Below, in pieces: positions 19,680 to 29,200 of a stretch of 64,000 bases of DNA. The notes beneath the pieces are model-generated. The model did no database searches. It was not told the DNA's origin and saw only the letters and a list, made by a program, of their open reading frames with translations. How positions within the stretch are numbered: the stretch's first letter is position 1; each line of letters starts with the position of its first letter. The translations under genes were made by a program, and so were the position numbers. The DNA is from Candidatus Acetothermia bacterium (GTDB lineage Bacteria > Bipolaricaulota > Bipolaricaulia > RBG-16-55-9): positions 8,432 through 72,431 of the forward strand of contig JACQCZ010000001.1 in the NCBI GenBank assembly GCA_016201405.1, written 5' to 3'.

Positions 19680-21803
19680 TTAGGGCAGAGGAAAGACAGT
19701 TTCATAGAGGCCGGATCCTCCACCATATAAGACCTGAACGCCCTCAGGCCCAAAGCTCCCCTGTGTTTCGTGCACGAGCATATTGGCTCTGACCGCACCT
19801 TGGGTGGTCAGAGCGTTCTGAACCATGCCACAATTATCATCAACAACATAGAGCCGCTGGTCCTCCGAGCCAGCAAAGACCCAGCCCGTGACTGTTGAGC
19901 CTGTTGACGGCCTGTATACACCCAAGACATTGATTTGTTGCTTGGTCTGGGTCTGGAATTGAGTTTCACAAAGCGAAGGCGAGCGCAATTGTATCGCTTC
20001 GATCTTTCCATCAACAGTCCCTACAAATACCGATTCTCGCTGAGTAGCAACGGCCTTAGTTCCATCATTTATGGCCAATGCCGTGATCTTGCTGCCAACA
20101 TTCACCGGTGAGTTCGTAATGTTGTTCCCGGAGCTGCTCAGGATGTGCACATTCCCATTTTCCAGCCCAAGCACGATCCTTGTGGAAGAGAAGCTAGGGT
20201 AGACTACATTCCCTATCGCCATCGAAGCGATGGCAGAACTCGCCGAAAAGACTGTAGCAAGGCTCCTGCTATCACAACTGGTCTCGTCGATTCTTTGCAA
20301 GCTGCTTCCTGATGTAAAGTAGGTGCGACCCTGAAAGACCTGCACATTGTTTACTGCCCCAGTACTTAGAGTGACGCAAGTCGCGTCTGAGGAAAAACTA
20401 ATGCCAGAGCTGCTTCGCGTCACAGTCACTCTTTTTAAAAGACTAGAGTCAGTTCCAACAAAGACCTGTCCAGAAGTCGACGAAGCTTGTCTCGCGCTAA
20501 AGGAGAGTAGGCTCTTCCCTGTCAATTGTTTGCTTGCACTTGAAAGTCTGTCGGCTTGATCGACATCAAAGACCCATAAAACGCCATTCGATAGGCCAAC
20601 ATACAGAAGTCTAGTCTTCTGATCCACAGTAAAAGTCGAAATGTTGACCGTTCCGTTTGACCCATTTATAGAGTTCGGAGAGCCCTCGATTTCAGGGCAG
20701 GGATCTGTGGAAACGGCATCCTCCAGCTTGTCTTGCTGGATGGCATGAACTTTGATATCACCATCGGTCTCCTTGGAGGCTACATAGAGCATGGTTACTG
20801 AACGGGTTCCATCATTGTCAATTTGAGAGGTGCCCGTTCCCGTGCCAAGTGTGGTAATCTCCCCGCTAATTTGACACTTTGCGTTTAATGTTGCTGAAGA
20901 ACCGATGGAAAATCGTGTCGAGATGTCATCATTGTTGGGATCAAGCTCTGTGACGCCAATGGGAATGACAGTTACCTTAAAGAGATACCGGCCCGGTGCA
21001 AGCCCGCTGGTATCCAATACATTGGTCACCACAATAGACTGAGCAAGACTCAAACCCGTCGTCTCTTGAGAAGAGACAGTCTTGACTCCATTGACTCCTT
21101 CGGAAAACCCGTTGCTTCTGAAGTCTGCATCTGCACATGTAGCCGTTTCAAGACAGTATTCAAACTTGACTTGCAGTGCAGGGTTTTCAGGCTTGCCCGT
21201 GTTTTCAATCTCTACGCGCACAGTCACTAGAGAGCCTTGTGGCGCGGGAGATGGCGGGTTAAACGTCAATGAGATGGGGTGAATCTCGGGAGACGAGACA
21301 CCTATTAATAATATAGTCTCAAGAATGTCATCATCGACCGTCGTTTGAGCAACAGTCTTGGGGATGATGACAACGCGAATGATATAACGGCCTGCCTGTA
21401 AATCTTTCGTAGCAAAAGCCCCAAACAGCGTTACAGAGCTGCCCGCTTGAAGCGTCAGATTTGTACAACCGCCCCCTGACGTATTGAATTGGCAGTAGCT
21501 CGTCGAGCCGAAGTTTTGATCCTCTTCGCGGCGGGCGAGAAATTGAACATCAAACCCTTGAGCTACACCTGTCCCCGTGTTTGCAATGTCAGCGAAAATA
21601 TTGATTGTATCCCCTGGAGCATCTACAGAAAATATTGCCACATTGTTTAGAGTTTTCAGCGTGACGTTTGTGACCTTCAAATTGGGCAAGCCCGTCTGTC
21701 CAAATCCGATCTCAACATTGGAGCGGCTGATCAGAAAGAGAAATAGCAAAGAAAAGAGAACCAAACCAACACGTACAGCAACGCTCCCAGACTTTGATCC
21801 CAC
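19680..21803 (-). CDS. Secreted or membrane-anchored protein with 2 CARDB domains and a probable beta-propeller
   Basis: LPNLKV..ANTG, EIHP..ENTG..ELDPNND, then WD-like repeats (LYVGLSNG, VFVGTDSS, IVLGLENG, VFAGSEDQ). Start moved from ATG 21848 to GTG 21803 because a promoter overlaps the ATG and SD GGGGTGAT precedes the GTG. Confidence 0.75.
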   Translation of the reverse strand: MGSKSGSVAVRVGLVLFSLLFLFLISRSNVEIGFGQTGLPNLKVTNVTLKTLNNVAIFSVDAPGDTINIFADIANTGTGVAQGFDVQFLARREEDQNFGSTSYCQFNTSGGGCTNLTLQAGSSVTLFGAFATKDLQAGRYIIRVVIIPKTVAQTTVDDDILETILLIGVSSPEIHPISLTFNPPSPAPQGSLVTVRVEIENTGKPENPALQVKFEYCLETATCADADFRSNGFSEGVNGVKTVSSQETTGLSLAQSIVVTNVLDTSGLAPGRYLFKVTVIPIGVTELDPNNDDISTRFSIGSSATLNAKCQISGEITTLGTGTGTSQIDNDGTRSVTMLYVASKETDGDIKVHAIQQDKLEDAVSTDPCPEIEGSPNSINGSNGTVNISTFTVDQKTRLLYVGLSNGVLWVFDVDQADRLSSASKQLTGKSLLSFSARQASSTSGQVFVGTDSSLLKRVTVTRSSSGISFSSDATCVTLSTGAVNNVQVFQGRTYFTSGSSLQRIDETSCDSRSLATVFSASSAIASMAIGNVVYPSFSSTRIVLGLENGNVHILSSSGNNITNSPVNVGSKITALAINDGTKAVATQRESVFVGTVDGKIEAIQLRSPSLCETQFQTQTKQQINVLGVYRPSTGSTVTGWVFAGSEDQRLYVVDDNCGMVQNALTTQGAVRANMLVHETQGSFGPEGVQVLYGGGSGLYETVFPLP

Positions 21804-21846
21804 AGAGATCACCCCGTTGTAGGGACTTCTTTTGTTCTTTTCATGC

Positions 21847-21875
21847 ATGATAAGTCATTTACACGGGAGAGTCAA
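21847..21875 (-). promoter_or_regulatory. Sigma70 promoter for the leftward CARDB genes
   Basis: TTGACT-17 nt-TATCAT. Confidence 0.65.
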
Positions 21876-21993
21876 TGGAAGTTTCATGCAAGTACAGTCA
21901 AGGAATGGAAGTTAGTGACTGATTGAAACTTTTGCGCAGCTATGGCTGTATATAGTGCCAACAGAGAGTCAAACGGCGATAGATTGCAGACTG

Positions 21994-22023
21994 TTGACTT
22001 CTGGAAAGGCCAGAGGATAAGAT
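21994..22023 (+). promoter_or_regulatory. Sigma70 promoter for the 22048 gene
   Basis: TTGACT-18 nt-TAAGAT. Confidence 0.6.
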
Positions 22024-22047
22024 GCTTCTGGCAGAAAGGAGCAAACC

Positions 22048-22662
22048 ATGTTGCGAAAAATGTTCCCCGTGGCAGTCCTCATACTCTTCTTCGCAGTCAT
22101 AGGGGTTGGCCAAAGCGATCCCAAAGTGCAGCTTCAGCAGCAGCTTCTCACCCAAGAGGAGATGCAGGCGTTGCTTGGCACGCAGTGGATTATTGACTCC
22201 CTTGCCGAACTCGACAACGTTCCTGACGGAGTGGTAGCCAACGTAGTGGGAACATACAAGGACACGAATACTTCAGAGATCGTCGTTCTCAGCTTGATCA
22301 GCTTTAAGAATGTCGACGCCACAACGGTCTATCTTGATGGCCTGAAGGCTGATAAGCATGTATCCAAGGTGAGAGATCTTCTCCAAGAGGCAAAGGATGC
22401 ACCGAAGGATGCCACGCCTCTATTAACCGATCAGATCAAAAATGAGGCGCAAGAGGTCATCTTCGTCGAGCTTACCAATGGACTGCAGCAGCTGATGCTG
22501 CGCCGCGCCAATATGCTCACTTTCTTCCGCAGCTCGATGACGGGACCCGTCGACCTGACAAAGCTAGTCTCTGTGGCTGACAAGCAATTGGGCAAGACGC
22601 TAGATTTTTGCAAGAAAGCTGCCGAAAATGGGGGAACAGCTCCAGACTATTGCGCCAAGTAG
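22048..22662 (+). CDS. Exported hypothetical protein
   Basis: SD AAAGGAG; signal peptide MLRKMFPVAVLILFFAVIGVG-Q; C-terminal Cys pair. Confidence 0.8.
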   Translation: MLRKMFPVAVLILFFAVIGVGQSDPKVQLQQQLLTQEEMQALLGTQWIIDSLAELDNVPDGVVANVVGTYKDTNTSEIVVLSLISFKNVDATTVYLDGLKADKHVSKVRDLLQEAKDAPKDATPLLTDQIKNEAQEVIFVELTNGLQQLMLRRANMLTFFRSSMTGPVDLTKLVSVADKQLGKTLDFCKKAAENGGTAPDYCAK

Positions 22663-22691
22663 GTAGTTGCTCCTGCTATAATTTGAAGACT

Positions 22692-22722
22692 ACCGCTGAA
22701 CTCGAAGGCAGGGTTCAGCGGT
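22692..22722 (+). terminator. Strong hairpin, terminator or sRNA stem
   Basis: ACCGCTGAAC(TC)-loop-(GG)GTTCAGCGGT; weak U-tract. Confidence 0.5.
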
Positions 22723-22750
22723 CTCTGCTTCCGATAGTAATAGCAGGCTC

Positions 22751-22779
22751 TTGTCTTCGCAGTTTGCCCGTGCTACACT
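22751..22779 (+). promoter_or_regulatory. Sigma70 promoter for the 7-CARDB gene
   Basis: TTGTCT-17 nt-TACACT with an extended TGn. Confidence 0.62.
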
Positions 22780-22872
22780 ACCGAAAAGGGCAGTTAAAAA
22801 TTGAAAGATTCGCGGGGATGGCTTCCCGCATTTTAGCGATCATAAGGCTGGAAAAAATTAAAGGGGGTTCCC

Positions 22873-25614
22873 ATGCTCAAAGGGTGGATTAGGGTACTGG
22901 CGATTCTTGCCTTTCTTTCTATTCTGATCACTGCCGGCCCCGTATCGAGCCAAGTGACTCCTGGAAAGCCAGAGTTGCACCCGGACTTTTTGATTCTGGA
23001 CCCAGCTTCGCCAATTGATCAGGGACGACTGGTCAACATCACCTTGCTGCTCGAAAATACGGGCACGGCTACGGCCAATCAATTTCACGTGGAATTCTTT
23101 ATTCGCTTGCACTCAGAGAGCACTGCTGGCAGCTGGACGAGCTTTGCCGTCGATGAGATCTCTGGCCTCAGCAGCGTAGAGCAGCAGATCGAGGCCCGCG
23201 CGGTGCTCGATTCTTCAGATTCGAGGCTGATCCCCGCCTCCGGGATCTATGAGATTCGCGCCGTTGTCGACTCCAATAATCAGATTCCTGAGCTGGATGA
23301 AACCAACAACGAGATGATCACATCGGCGATCATCCAGTCATCCAGACTTGGGCTACCCGATTTGCGCGCCAAGTCGCTGGCCTTTGATCCAACTTCGCCC
23401 GTCGAGCAGGATACCAAAGTTGAGATCGTGGGAACTGTCTCAAACGAAGGGGATCAGAAGGCTGCCCCATTTAGCGTGGAGCTGGCGTATTGCAAGATCA
23501 ATTCGCTCGTCAATCCTACGACTTGTCCATCTGACTTTACGCAATTTGCGCTCGTGGAGGATGCGTTTCTGGGGGGCTTGACCAAAGGAGGAGAGCTTGA
23601 GGCGCGCGCTTCGCTGCCGACGCTCGAGCCGGGCACCTATTTGATCCGCATGCGAGTCGATCCGCCCACCTCTCACAACCCGGCCGGGATGATTGATGAG
23701 CAAGATGAGGCCAACAATGAACTGATTGTGATTTTTGCCATTCAAGGCTCTGAGCTCCATGTCCCTGGAATTACATATACACCGGTACTGCCCCGCGTTG
23801 GTGACACGGTCACGATCTCCGCTACCGTAGAAAATTCGGGACAGGTGAAGTGCAGCAACGCTGAAGTCGCCTTCTTTGTCGATGGCGCCCAATTTGATTT
23901 GAAGACAATCACGCTGGCCGGCGGACAATCGGATGTCGTCCAGGGTGTTCTCAATACATCTCAATTCAACCTCGATGCAGGAGTCCATACAATCCGCGTC
24001 ATTGTTGACCCGAAGAACTTGGTCTCCGAGCGCGATGAGACAAACAATGAGACCCGCACTGGGATAACGCTACAGGCAGCACTGCCCACCCTGGCAGAGC
24101 TCCGGCCCAAGGGGATCTTGCTCAACCCCAGCTCGCCGATTCAGCTTGGCTCAAACTCCAATATTGCAGTCTCGACTGAGATTCTCAATACAGGGCCGGT
24201 GGCTGCCAGCAACGTCAGCGTTGAGTTCTCCTATCGCTCAACCGGTAGCATACGCTGGGTGCCCATTCTATGTTCGACCAACTGCAGCACCTCAACGCTA
24301 GAGTCTGGCGCGCGCTTTGTAGCCAGCGCCAATCTCTTCCTCTTCAACCTCACTCCAGGTGCGTATGAGATTCAGGCGGTTGTGGACCCGCAGAATGCCA
24401 TTCCTGAGCTTGATGAGTTTAATAACACGATTCAGAGCGCCTTTACGCTCCAAGCCAACCGGCTCCCAGACTTGCTGGTCGATCCAGTCAGCATCCAGTT
24501 CACGCCATCACTCACCGAGCGCAGGGGAACACCCATCACACTTAATGCTGATGTTGTGAACTTTGGCGAAGCGGTCGCCATTGGCCCATTTGACGTTGAC
24601 GTCTCACTGGCCAAACTCAATAGCGACGGCACGTTGGGTCAAGCCGTCTCGCTGAACAGCGTCCAGGTCGGTGGCCTCAGCGTAGGGAACCGGCAGAGGA
24701 TCTCTGTGGTTCTCAATACGGCGAATATCCTGCCCGGACTCTATCAGGTCTTGATCAACGTCGACCCGCAGAACCGAATAGCAGAGCTGGATGAGAACAA
24801 CAACCTCTTGCCCACAGGACCGCTCTTCTTGCGTGGCCCCGATCTCACGGGGACACCGCGATACATCGATCCGACGGTCAATATCTTTGAGCCGCGGATC
24901 GGCTCGGGCACCAAGCTCACGGTCGCTGTGGATGTCACAAACATTGGTGTCGAAGCGGCTGGTGAGTTTGATGTTGGATTCTGCCATCAAGCACTGCTGA
25001 ACAACGTCGAACAAGGGAGCTGTGTCAGTTTTGGCGATACGACGCACTTCCCTGGCCTGGGTATCGGTAGTATTGTGACCGTTTCCGCGACCTTCGATAC
25101 GAGTGGACTCGGCGCAGGCCGGTATGAGATCAAAGCCGTGATTGACCCAGCCTCGCCTAACTTCCCTGTTGGCCATGTCGAAGAAGAGAATGAGACGAAC
25201 AACACTCCAGCCTTGACCTTTGAGATTGTCGGCGCCGGAGGCAGCACGACTGGCAGCACATCCTCAGGCATTGATCTCACGGTTCAGAATGTCACCGTTG
25301 ACTCGAATCTTGCGAGCTTTGGCGATACCGTGACTGTGAAAGCTCAGATTGCCAACATCGGGATACAGAGCGCTGGCAGCTTTCGGGTGATCTTCTTCTA
25401 CAAGAAGGTAGGTCAAGCTCAAATGTTCAACTTCGCTCAGTTCACCATAAATAAGCTGGACGCAGGCGAAGTGCAGACCCTGACCAGTCAGCTCAGTACA
25501 ATCCTGCTTGGATTTGGGGATTATCAGATCATTGTGATTGTGGACTTTAACAATGATGTGAAAGAGAGCAATGAGTCGAACAACCGGGGATCTGCACAGC
25601 TGACTGTGACTTAA
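22873..25614 (+). CDS. Secreted protein with about 7 tandem CARDB domains
   Basis: Signal peptide; seven units starting P(D/E)L-like and ending E-x-(D/N)-E-x-N-N (ELDETNN, EQDEANN, ERDETNN, ELDEFNN, ELDENNN, EENETNN, ESNESNN). Confidence 0.9.
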   Translation: MLKGWIRVLAILAFLSILITAGPVSSQVTPGKPELHPDFLILDPASPIDQGRLVNITLLLENTGTATANQFHVEFFIRLHSESTAGSWTSFAVDEISGLSSVEQQIEARAVLDSSDSRLIPASGIYEIRAVVDSNNQIPELDETNNEMITSAIIQSSRLGLPDLRAKSLAFDPTSPVEQDTKVEIVGTVSNEGDQKAAPFSVELAYCKINSLVNPTTCPSDFTQFALVEDAFLGGLTKGGELEARASLPTLEPGTYLIRMRVDPPTSHNPAGMIDEQDEANNELIVIFAIQGSELHVPGITYTPVLPRVGDTVTISATVENSGQVKCSNAEVAFFVDGAQFDLKTITLAGGQSDVVQGVLNTSQFNLDAGVHTIRVIVDPKNLVSERDETNNETRTGITLQAALPTLAELRPKGILLNPSSPIQLGSNSNIAVSTEILNTGPVAASNVSVEFSYRSTGSIRWVPILCSTNCSTSTLESGARFVASANLFLFNLTPGAYEIQAVVDPQNAIPELDEFNNTIQSAFTLQANRLPDLLVDPVSIQFTPSLTERRGTPITLNADVVNFGEAVAIGPFDVDVSLAKLNSDGTLGQAVSLNSVQVGGLSVGNRQRISVVLNTANILPGLYQVLINVDPQNRIAELDENNNLLPTGPLFLRGPDLTGTPRYIDPTVNIFEPRIGSGTKLTVAVDVTNIGVEAAGEFDVGFCHQALLNNVEQGSCVSFGDTTHFPGLGIGSIVTVSATFDTSGLGAGRYEIKAVIDPASPNFPVGHVEEENETNNTPALTFEIVGAGGSTTGSTSSGIDLTVQNVTVDSNLASFGDTVTVKAQIANIGIQSAGSFRVIFFYKKVGQAQMFNFAQFTINKLDAGEVQTLTSQLSTILLGFGDYQIIVIVDFNNDVKESNESNNRGSAQLTVT

Positions 25615-25643
25615 TCGCAAACTTGAAGAAAAGCACAAATCAG

Positions 25644-25679
25644 AGAGCCTGCGAGTATTGCTCGCAGGCTCTTCATTTT
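25644..25679 (+). terminator. Intrinsic terminator between convergent CARDB and PKD genes
   Basis: AGAGCCTGCGAG-tattg-CTCGCAGGCTCT followed by TCATTTT. Confidence 0.8.
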
Positions 25680-25716
25680 CCAGAATCTCTTTAAACCACT
25701 AGGCGTTGATTACTCG

Positions 25717-27132
25717 TTATGGATTGGGTGGTGTCTCCGTGACAGCCAAAGAAATAAGAGACATCAGCGTATCAAACTTAACCTTGCCATCCGGGCCGAC
25801 AACGGCCAGGCTTTGAAAGCTCTTTCCGGCCACTGTGTTCCAGGTCAGACTCAGCACTGTATCGCCACGAGCAATATGCTCTGAGACAAACTCGAAGAGC
25901 GAGCTGGTCCCAAGCTGGCTAAGGTCAATTTTAGTGGATTCATCCATCGAAAGCTCTCTATACTGTTTGACCATAAAGTCTTTGTCACCCGAGTAGAAGA
26001 CGATCAGGCTTTGATTCGACAGGTCCAGCGCCCAGCGGGCATGGTTCAGGTCATCAATGCTCTCGGTGACTTTGATATCGCTCACACTCGAGACAGGAAG
26101 CCCGGTGGAGAGCAGGAATTGATGCACATCCGCTTGCACGGTTCCCGCCAGCGAATCACTCATGGTGAGGGCGGATATGGACTGGCCAGATCCACCAAAC
26201 TCTTGGATTAAGAAGTAGATCGCGACCAGACCGACAACCACCCCCACGCCGATGAGCACCGTGGAGGCGGGAAGCCCAAAGATTGTGGAAGGAGGAGTTG
26301 AGACGGAGACGCTGAGCTTGACTGAGTCTGAAGAAGCGCCCTTATCATCCTTGACAATGAGCGAGACTTGATAGGTCCCGGCTTTTGCGTACTGATGTGT
26401 GACAATCGCCTGTCCTTGCGAGTTGCCTCCATCACCAAAATCCCAGGAATAGTCCGCTACGGTTCCATCGGCATCGGATGAGCCAGATCCATCAAATGTA
26501 ATTGTATTACCCACTCTAGGAGTCTGTGGGCTGAAGGAGAATGAGGCTACTGGGGGCTTGTTTTCTGGTGTTGTCGGGGGAGGTGTGGTCGGCGGCGGTG
26601 TGGTTGGAGGTGGAGTCGTGGGCGGCGCAGCTTGAGTTGAGACCGTGATGCTTATATCCACGGAAGAACGCACGCTGTCGCTCGTCCCAGCTTTAGCGGC
26701 CGCATTTGAAGTAAGTGTGTAGTCCCCTTCTTCGTTGGGTGCCTTTAGGACATAGACCAAGTCAATCTTGTCACCCGCACTGACATTGACCTTGAATGCC
26801 CTTTCATCACCACTCACTCGTGTAAATCCAGGCGTGACCACCGGAACAATGGCGGCAACGCCAAGATCCACTTTGGCCACAAGAGAGTCGGTGACCGTAA
26901 AACTTGCGTTGGGCTGCACGCTGTCAGGCGCGCTGCGAGTGAATGTGAAATCAATGTTATCTGCGCTCTTGGTCCCCAGAAGAATGGCTCCGAGTAAGCC
27001 CTTCGCGCTGCGGCTCAGTTGGGATGTTGATGAGGTCTGATGCATCGAGTTCCCCTCCATGGAGGGGAGGGTAAGAAAGATTATTGCAGGGATCAAAAGA
27101 ATTGTCAATATCCGGTCCAGCATATTCGTCAC
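25717..27132 (-). CDS. Membrane protein with Ig-like domain, Pro/Thr linker, PKD domain, TM helix and C-terminal domain
   Basis: NKPPVASF..FDGSGSSDADG..YSWDFGDG..HQY..GTYQVSLIVKDDKG is a PKD domain; TM VLIGVGVVVGLVAIYFLI. Confidence 0.85.
   Translation of the reverse strand: MTNMLDRILTILLIPAIIFLTLPSMEGNSMHQTSSTSQLSRSAKGLLGAILLGTKSADNIDFTFTRSAPDSVQPNASFTVTDSLVAKVDLGVAAIVPVVTPGFTRVSGDERAFKVNVSAGDKIDLVYVLKAPNEEGDYTLTSNAAAKAGTSDSVRSSVDISITVSTQAAPPTTPPPTTPPPTTPPPTTPENKPPVASFSFSPQTPRVGNTITFDGSGSSDADGTVADYSWDFGDGGNSQGQAIVTHQYAKAGTYQVSLIVKDDKGASSDSVKLSVSVSTPPSTIFGLPASTVLIGVGVVVGLVAIYFLIQEFGGSGQSISALTMSDSLAGTVQADVHQFLLSTGLPVSSVSDIKVTESIDDLNHARWALDLSNQSLIVFYSGDKDFMVKQYRELSMDESTKIDLSQLGTSSLFEFVSEHIARGDTVLSLTWNTVAGKSFQSLAVVGPDGKVKFDTLMSLISLAVTETPPNP
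26566..26625 (-). repeat. (PPTTP)x4 protein-level linker repeat
   Basis: Encodes PPTTPPPTTPPPTTPPPTTP with synonymously diversified codons. Confidence 0.85.
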
Positions 27133-27390
27133 ACCACCTTTTTCCCTCTAAGAGATTCGCCCACCGTTATACACATCTGGGATTAAGCATACAACTCCAC
27201 CTGGCGCTTTTGGGTGGGAAACTCGTGATTGATTTTCGCAGTCAAATTCGATATATAGGAAACGAATCGATCTTTGGGCGTGGGGAATTTTTGAGACATC
27301 AATCATGGCAATTGCGCCACCAAATCTGTCCATTATGACGCAAACGATGTCGTGGTTAGACTGCAAAATGGCGGAGCGAGGCCGCGATTT

Positions 27391-28014
27391 TTGAAATCGC
27401 TATTTATTGTGCTGGAAGGGATTGATGGCAGCGGCAAAACAACCCAAGCCAAGCGACTTTGTCGGCACTTCGAAGATGAAAAGCGAACGGTTCACTCTCT
27501 AAAAGAGCCTGGAGGCACCCCACTCGGTGAGCGCATCCGAGAGTTATTCCTGCATTCGGATCGCGCGTTAGAGCCATTGACGGAATTGCTGCTCATTGAG
27601 GCATCCAGGCATGAGTTAGTAGAGCAAGTGATTCGGCCTGCCCTGAGGCAAGGGGCAGCCGTAGTCTGCCAGCGATATACTTACTCTAGTCTGGCCTACC
27701 AGGGATATGGGCGCGGTCTTGCACTTGACTGGATTAGCGAGTTGAATGAGCGTGCTACGGGGGGACTCAAGCCAGATGTTGCTATCTATCTCGATGTCCC
27801 AGTGGCAACAGGCATGCACCGAGTACAAAATGAGAGAGAACCAGATCGCATGGAGCGCGAAGGAAGGGCGTTTTTGAAGAGAGTGGAAGCAGGTTATCAC
27901 AAATTGATAGAGCAAAATTCTGAGATGGTCAAAGTTGACGGCAGCCTCAGTGAAGGCGAGCTCTTTCAGAAGATTGTAGAATTGGTTCGACAGGTGGAAG
28001 GAGGGGCAAGTTGA
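27391..28014 (+). CDS. tmk: Thymidylate kinase
   Basis: FIVLEGIDGSGKTTQ, KEPGGT, QRYTYSSLAYQG; probable TTG start at 27391. Confidence 0.94.
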   Translation: MKSLFIVLEGIDGSGKTTQAKRLCRHFEDEKRTVHSLKEPGGTPLGERIRELFLHSDRALEPLTELLLIEASRHELVEQVIRPALRQGAAVVCQRYTYSSLAYQGYGRGLALDWISELNERATGGLKPDVAIYLDVPVATGMHRVQNEREPDRMEREGRAFLKRVEAGYHKLIEQNSEMVKVDGSLSEGELFQKIVELVRQVEGGAS

Positions 28015-29135
28015 ATTTCACTTGCACAAAGTCAGACATCACTTTTGGAGTGAAAATAGCAAGCCGCGCAGTAGGCTCTGGTAGCACGCTGCCGATTCTG
28101 GCCGGCATCAAGATGCAGACCAAAGGCTCTGAGCTGCAACTGATCGCAACGGACCTGGAGCGCGCCATCATGGTCACAGTACCAATTGAGAACAAAGGCA
28201 GCGAGGGTGCGTATGTTCTCAATGGCCAGCTTCTCTCAAAAATTACCGGAATGTTGCCGGATGACAAGCTTAGCATGAAGCTCGATGAGAATGGCGACAA
28301 AGTTGTTATTTCATCTGGAACTGCAACGTTTGAATTGTTATTGCAGCCCGTTGAGGATTATCCGCAGTTGCCAGAGCCCCCCAAAGAGACTTTGTTGACA
28401 ATCCGGCGTGATCGGCTGGTGAGGGCATTAGAGCGAACTGCCTTTGCAGCAATGAGCGCTCGCGAGACGTCAAGACTCAATCTCACCGGTGTTGATATTG
28501 TCACAAAGGGGGACAAACTTCGCATGGTGGCCACCAATGGCTATCGCCTCGCACTCAAAGAGGAGATGCTCTCTGGGAAGACAGTTGAAGGCGAATATCT
28601 CATTGACGCAGATACGCTCAAAGAGTTACATAGCATCTTGGGCGGATTTAGCGACGAGACAATCAAAGTGGCGCATAAAAGCGATCATCTCTTTTTTATA
28701 ACATCCAAGATGATCTTTGCAGCACGGGTAATTCAAGAAGAATATCCAAACATTGAGCGTGTCATCCCCAAAGAGAACAAGATGGGATTATATCTCAACC
28801 GCGATGCTCTCTTCGGAGCCCTACAACGTGCGGAGATTACGACGACTCCCGAGTCTGGAGCGGTGATTCTTGAGGTGACGGACTCTTTGCTTTACATACG
28901 CTCGTCATCAGCAGAGAAGGGCCAGACTGAAGAGAGTATTCCGCTCTTAAAGCCAGCTGACCCTATCAAGATCTCATTTCGGGGAGAATATTTAATTGAT
29001 GCTTTGCGCAGAATGAGCTCCTCCGAAGTCGTTCTTTGGCTAAAAGATTCTGAAAGCGCTGGATTATTAGAGACCGTGGATGACGAAGAGGATCAAGGCT
29101 TCCTCTATGTCTGCATGCCGATCAGAATGGATTAA
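28011..29135 (+). CDS. dnaN: DNA polymerase III beta sliding clamp
   Basis: TLPILAGI, IATDLE, EDYP, VATNGYRLA, EYPNIERVIP, ends CMPIR; overlaps the tmk stop. Confidence 0.95.
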   Translation: MNFTCTKSDITFGVKIASRAVGSGSTLPILAGIKMQTKGSELQLIATDLERAIMVTVPIENKGSEGAYVLNGQLLSKITGMLPDDKLSMKLDENGDKVVISSGTATFELLLQPVEDYPQLPEPPKETLLTIRRDRLVRALERTAFAAMSARETSRLNLTGVDIVTKGDKLRMVATNGYRLALKEEMLSGKTVEGEYLIDADTLKELHSILGGFSDETIKVAHKSDHLFFITSKMIFAARVIQEEYPNIERVIPKENKMGLYLNRDALFGALQRAEITTTPESGAVILEVTDSLLYIRSSSAEKGQTEESIPLLKPADPIKISFRGEYLIDALRRMSSSEVVLWLKDSESAGLLETVDDEEDQGFLYVCMPIRMD

Positions 29136-29173
29136 GATCTCCAACAGATTTCATCAAGAGACTCGATGCTGAC

Positions 29174-29198
29174 TAGCTCAGGCTGGCGTGCCTGGCTA
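29174..29198 (+). terminator. Weak hairpin between convergent dnaN and ftsZ
   Basis: TAGC(T)CAGGC-loop-GCCTGGCTA followed by ATTT. Confidence 0.3.
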
Positions 29199-29200
29199 AT

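Noticed and set aside
26566-26625. Phase-variable or CRISPR-like DNA repeat
   Set aside because: Codons are diversified, so the repeat is a protein linker only.
27148-27366. 72-aa minus-strand ORF and 84-aa plus-strand ORF (27084-27338) in the PKD-tmk gap
   Set aside because: No SD or recognisable motifs; cannot be supported.
27133-27390. Intergenic region upstream of tmk-dnaN with TTATACACA (27167-27175) as oriC
   Set aside because: Only one consensus box was found; at most a DnaA regulatory site. GC-skew analysis would be needed.
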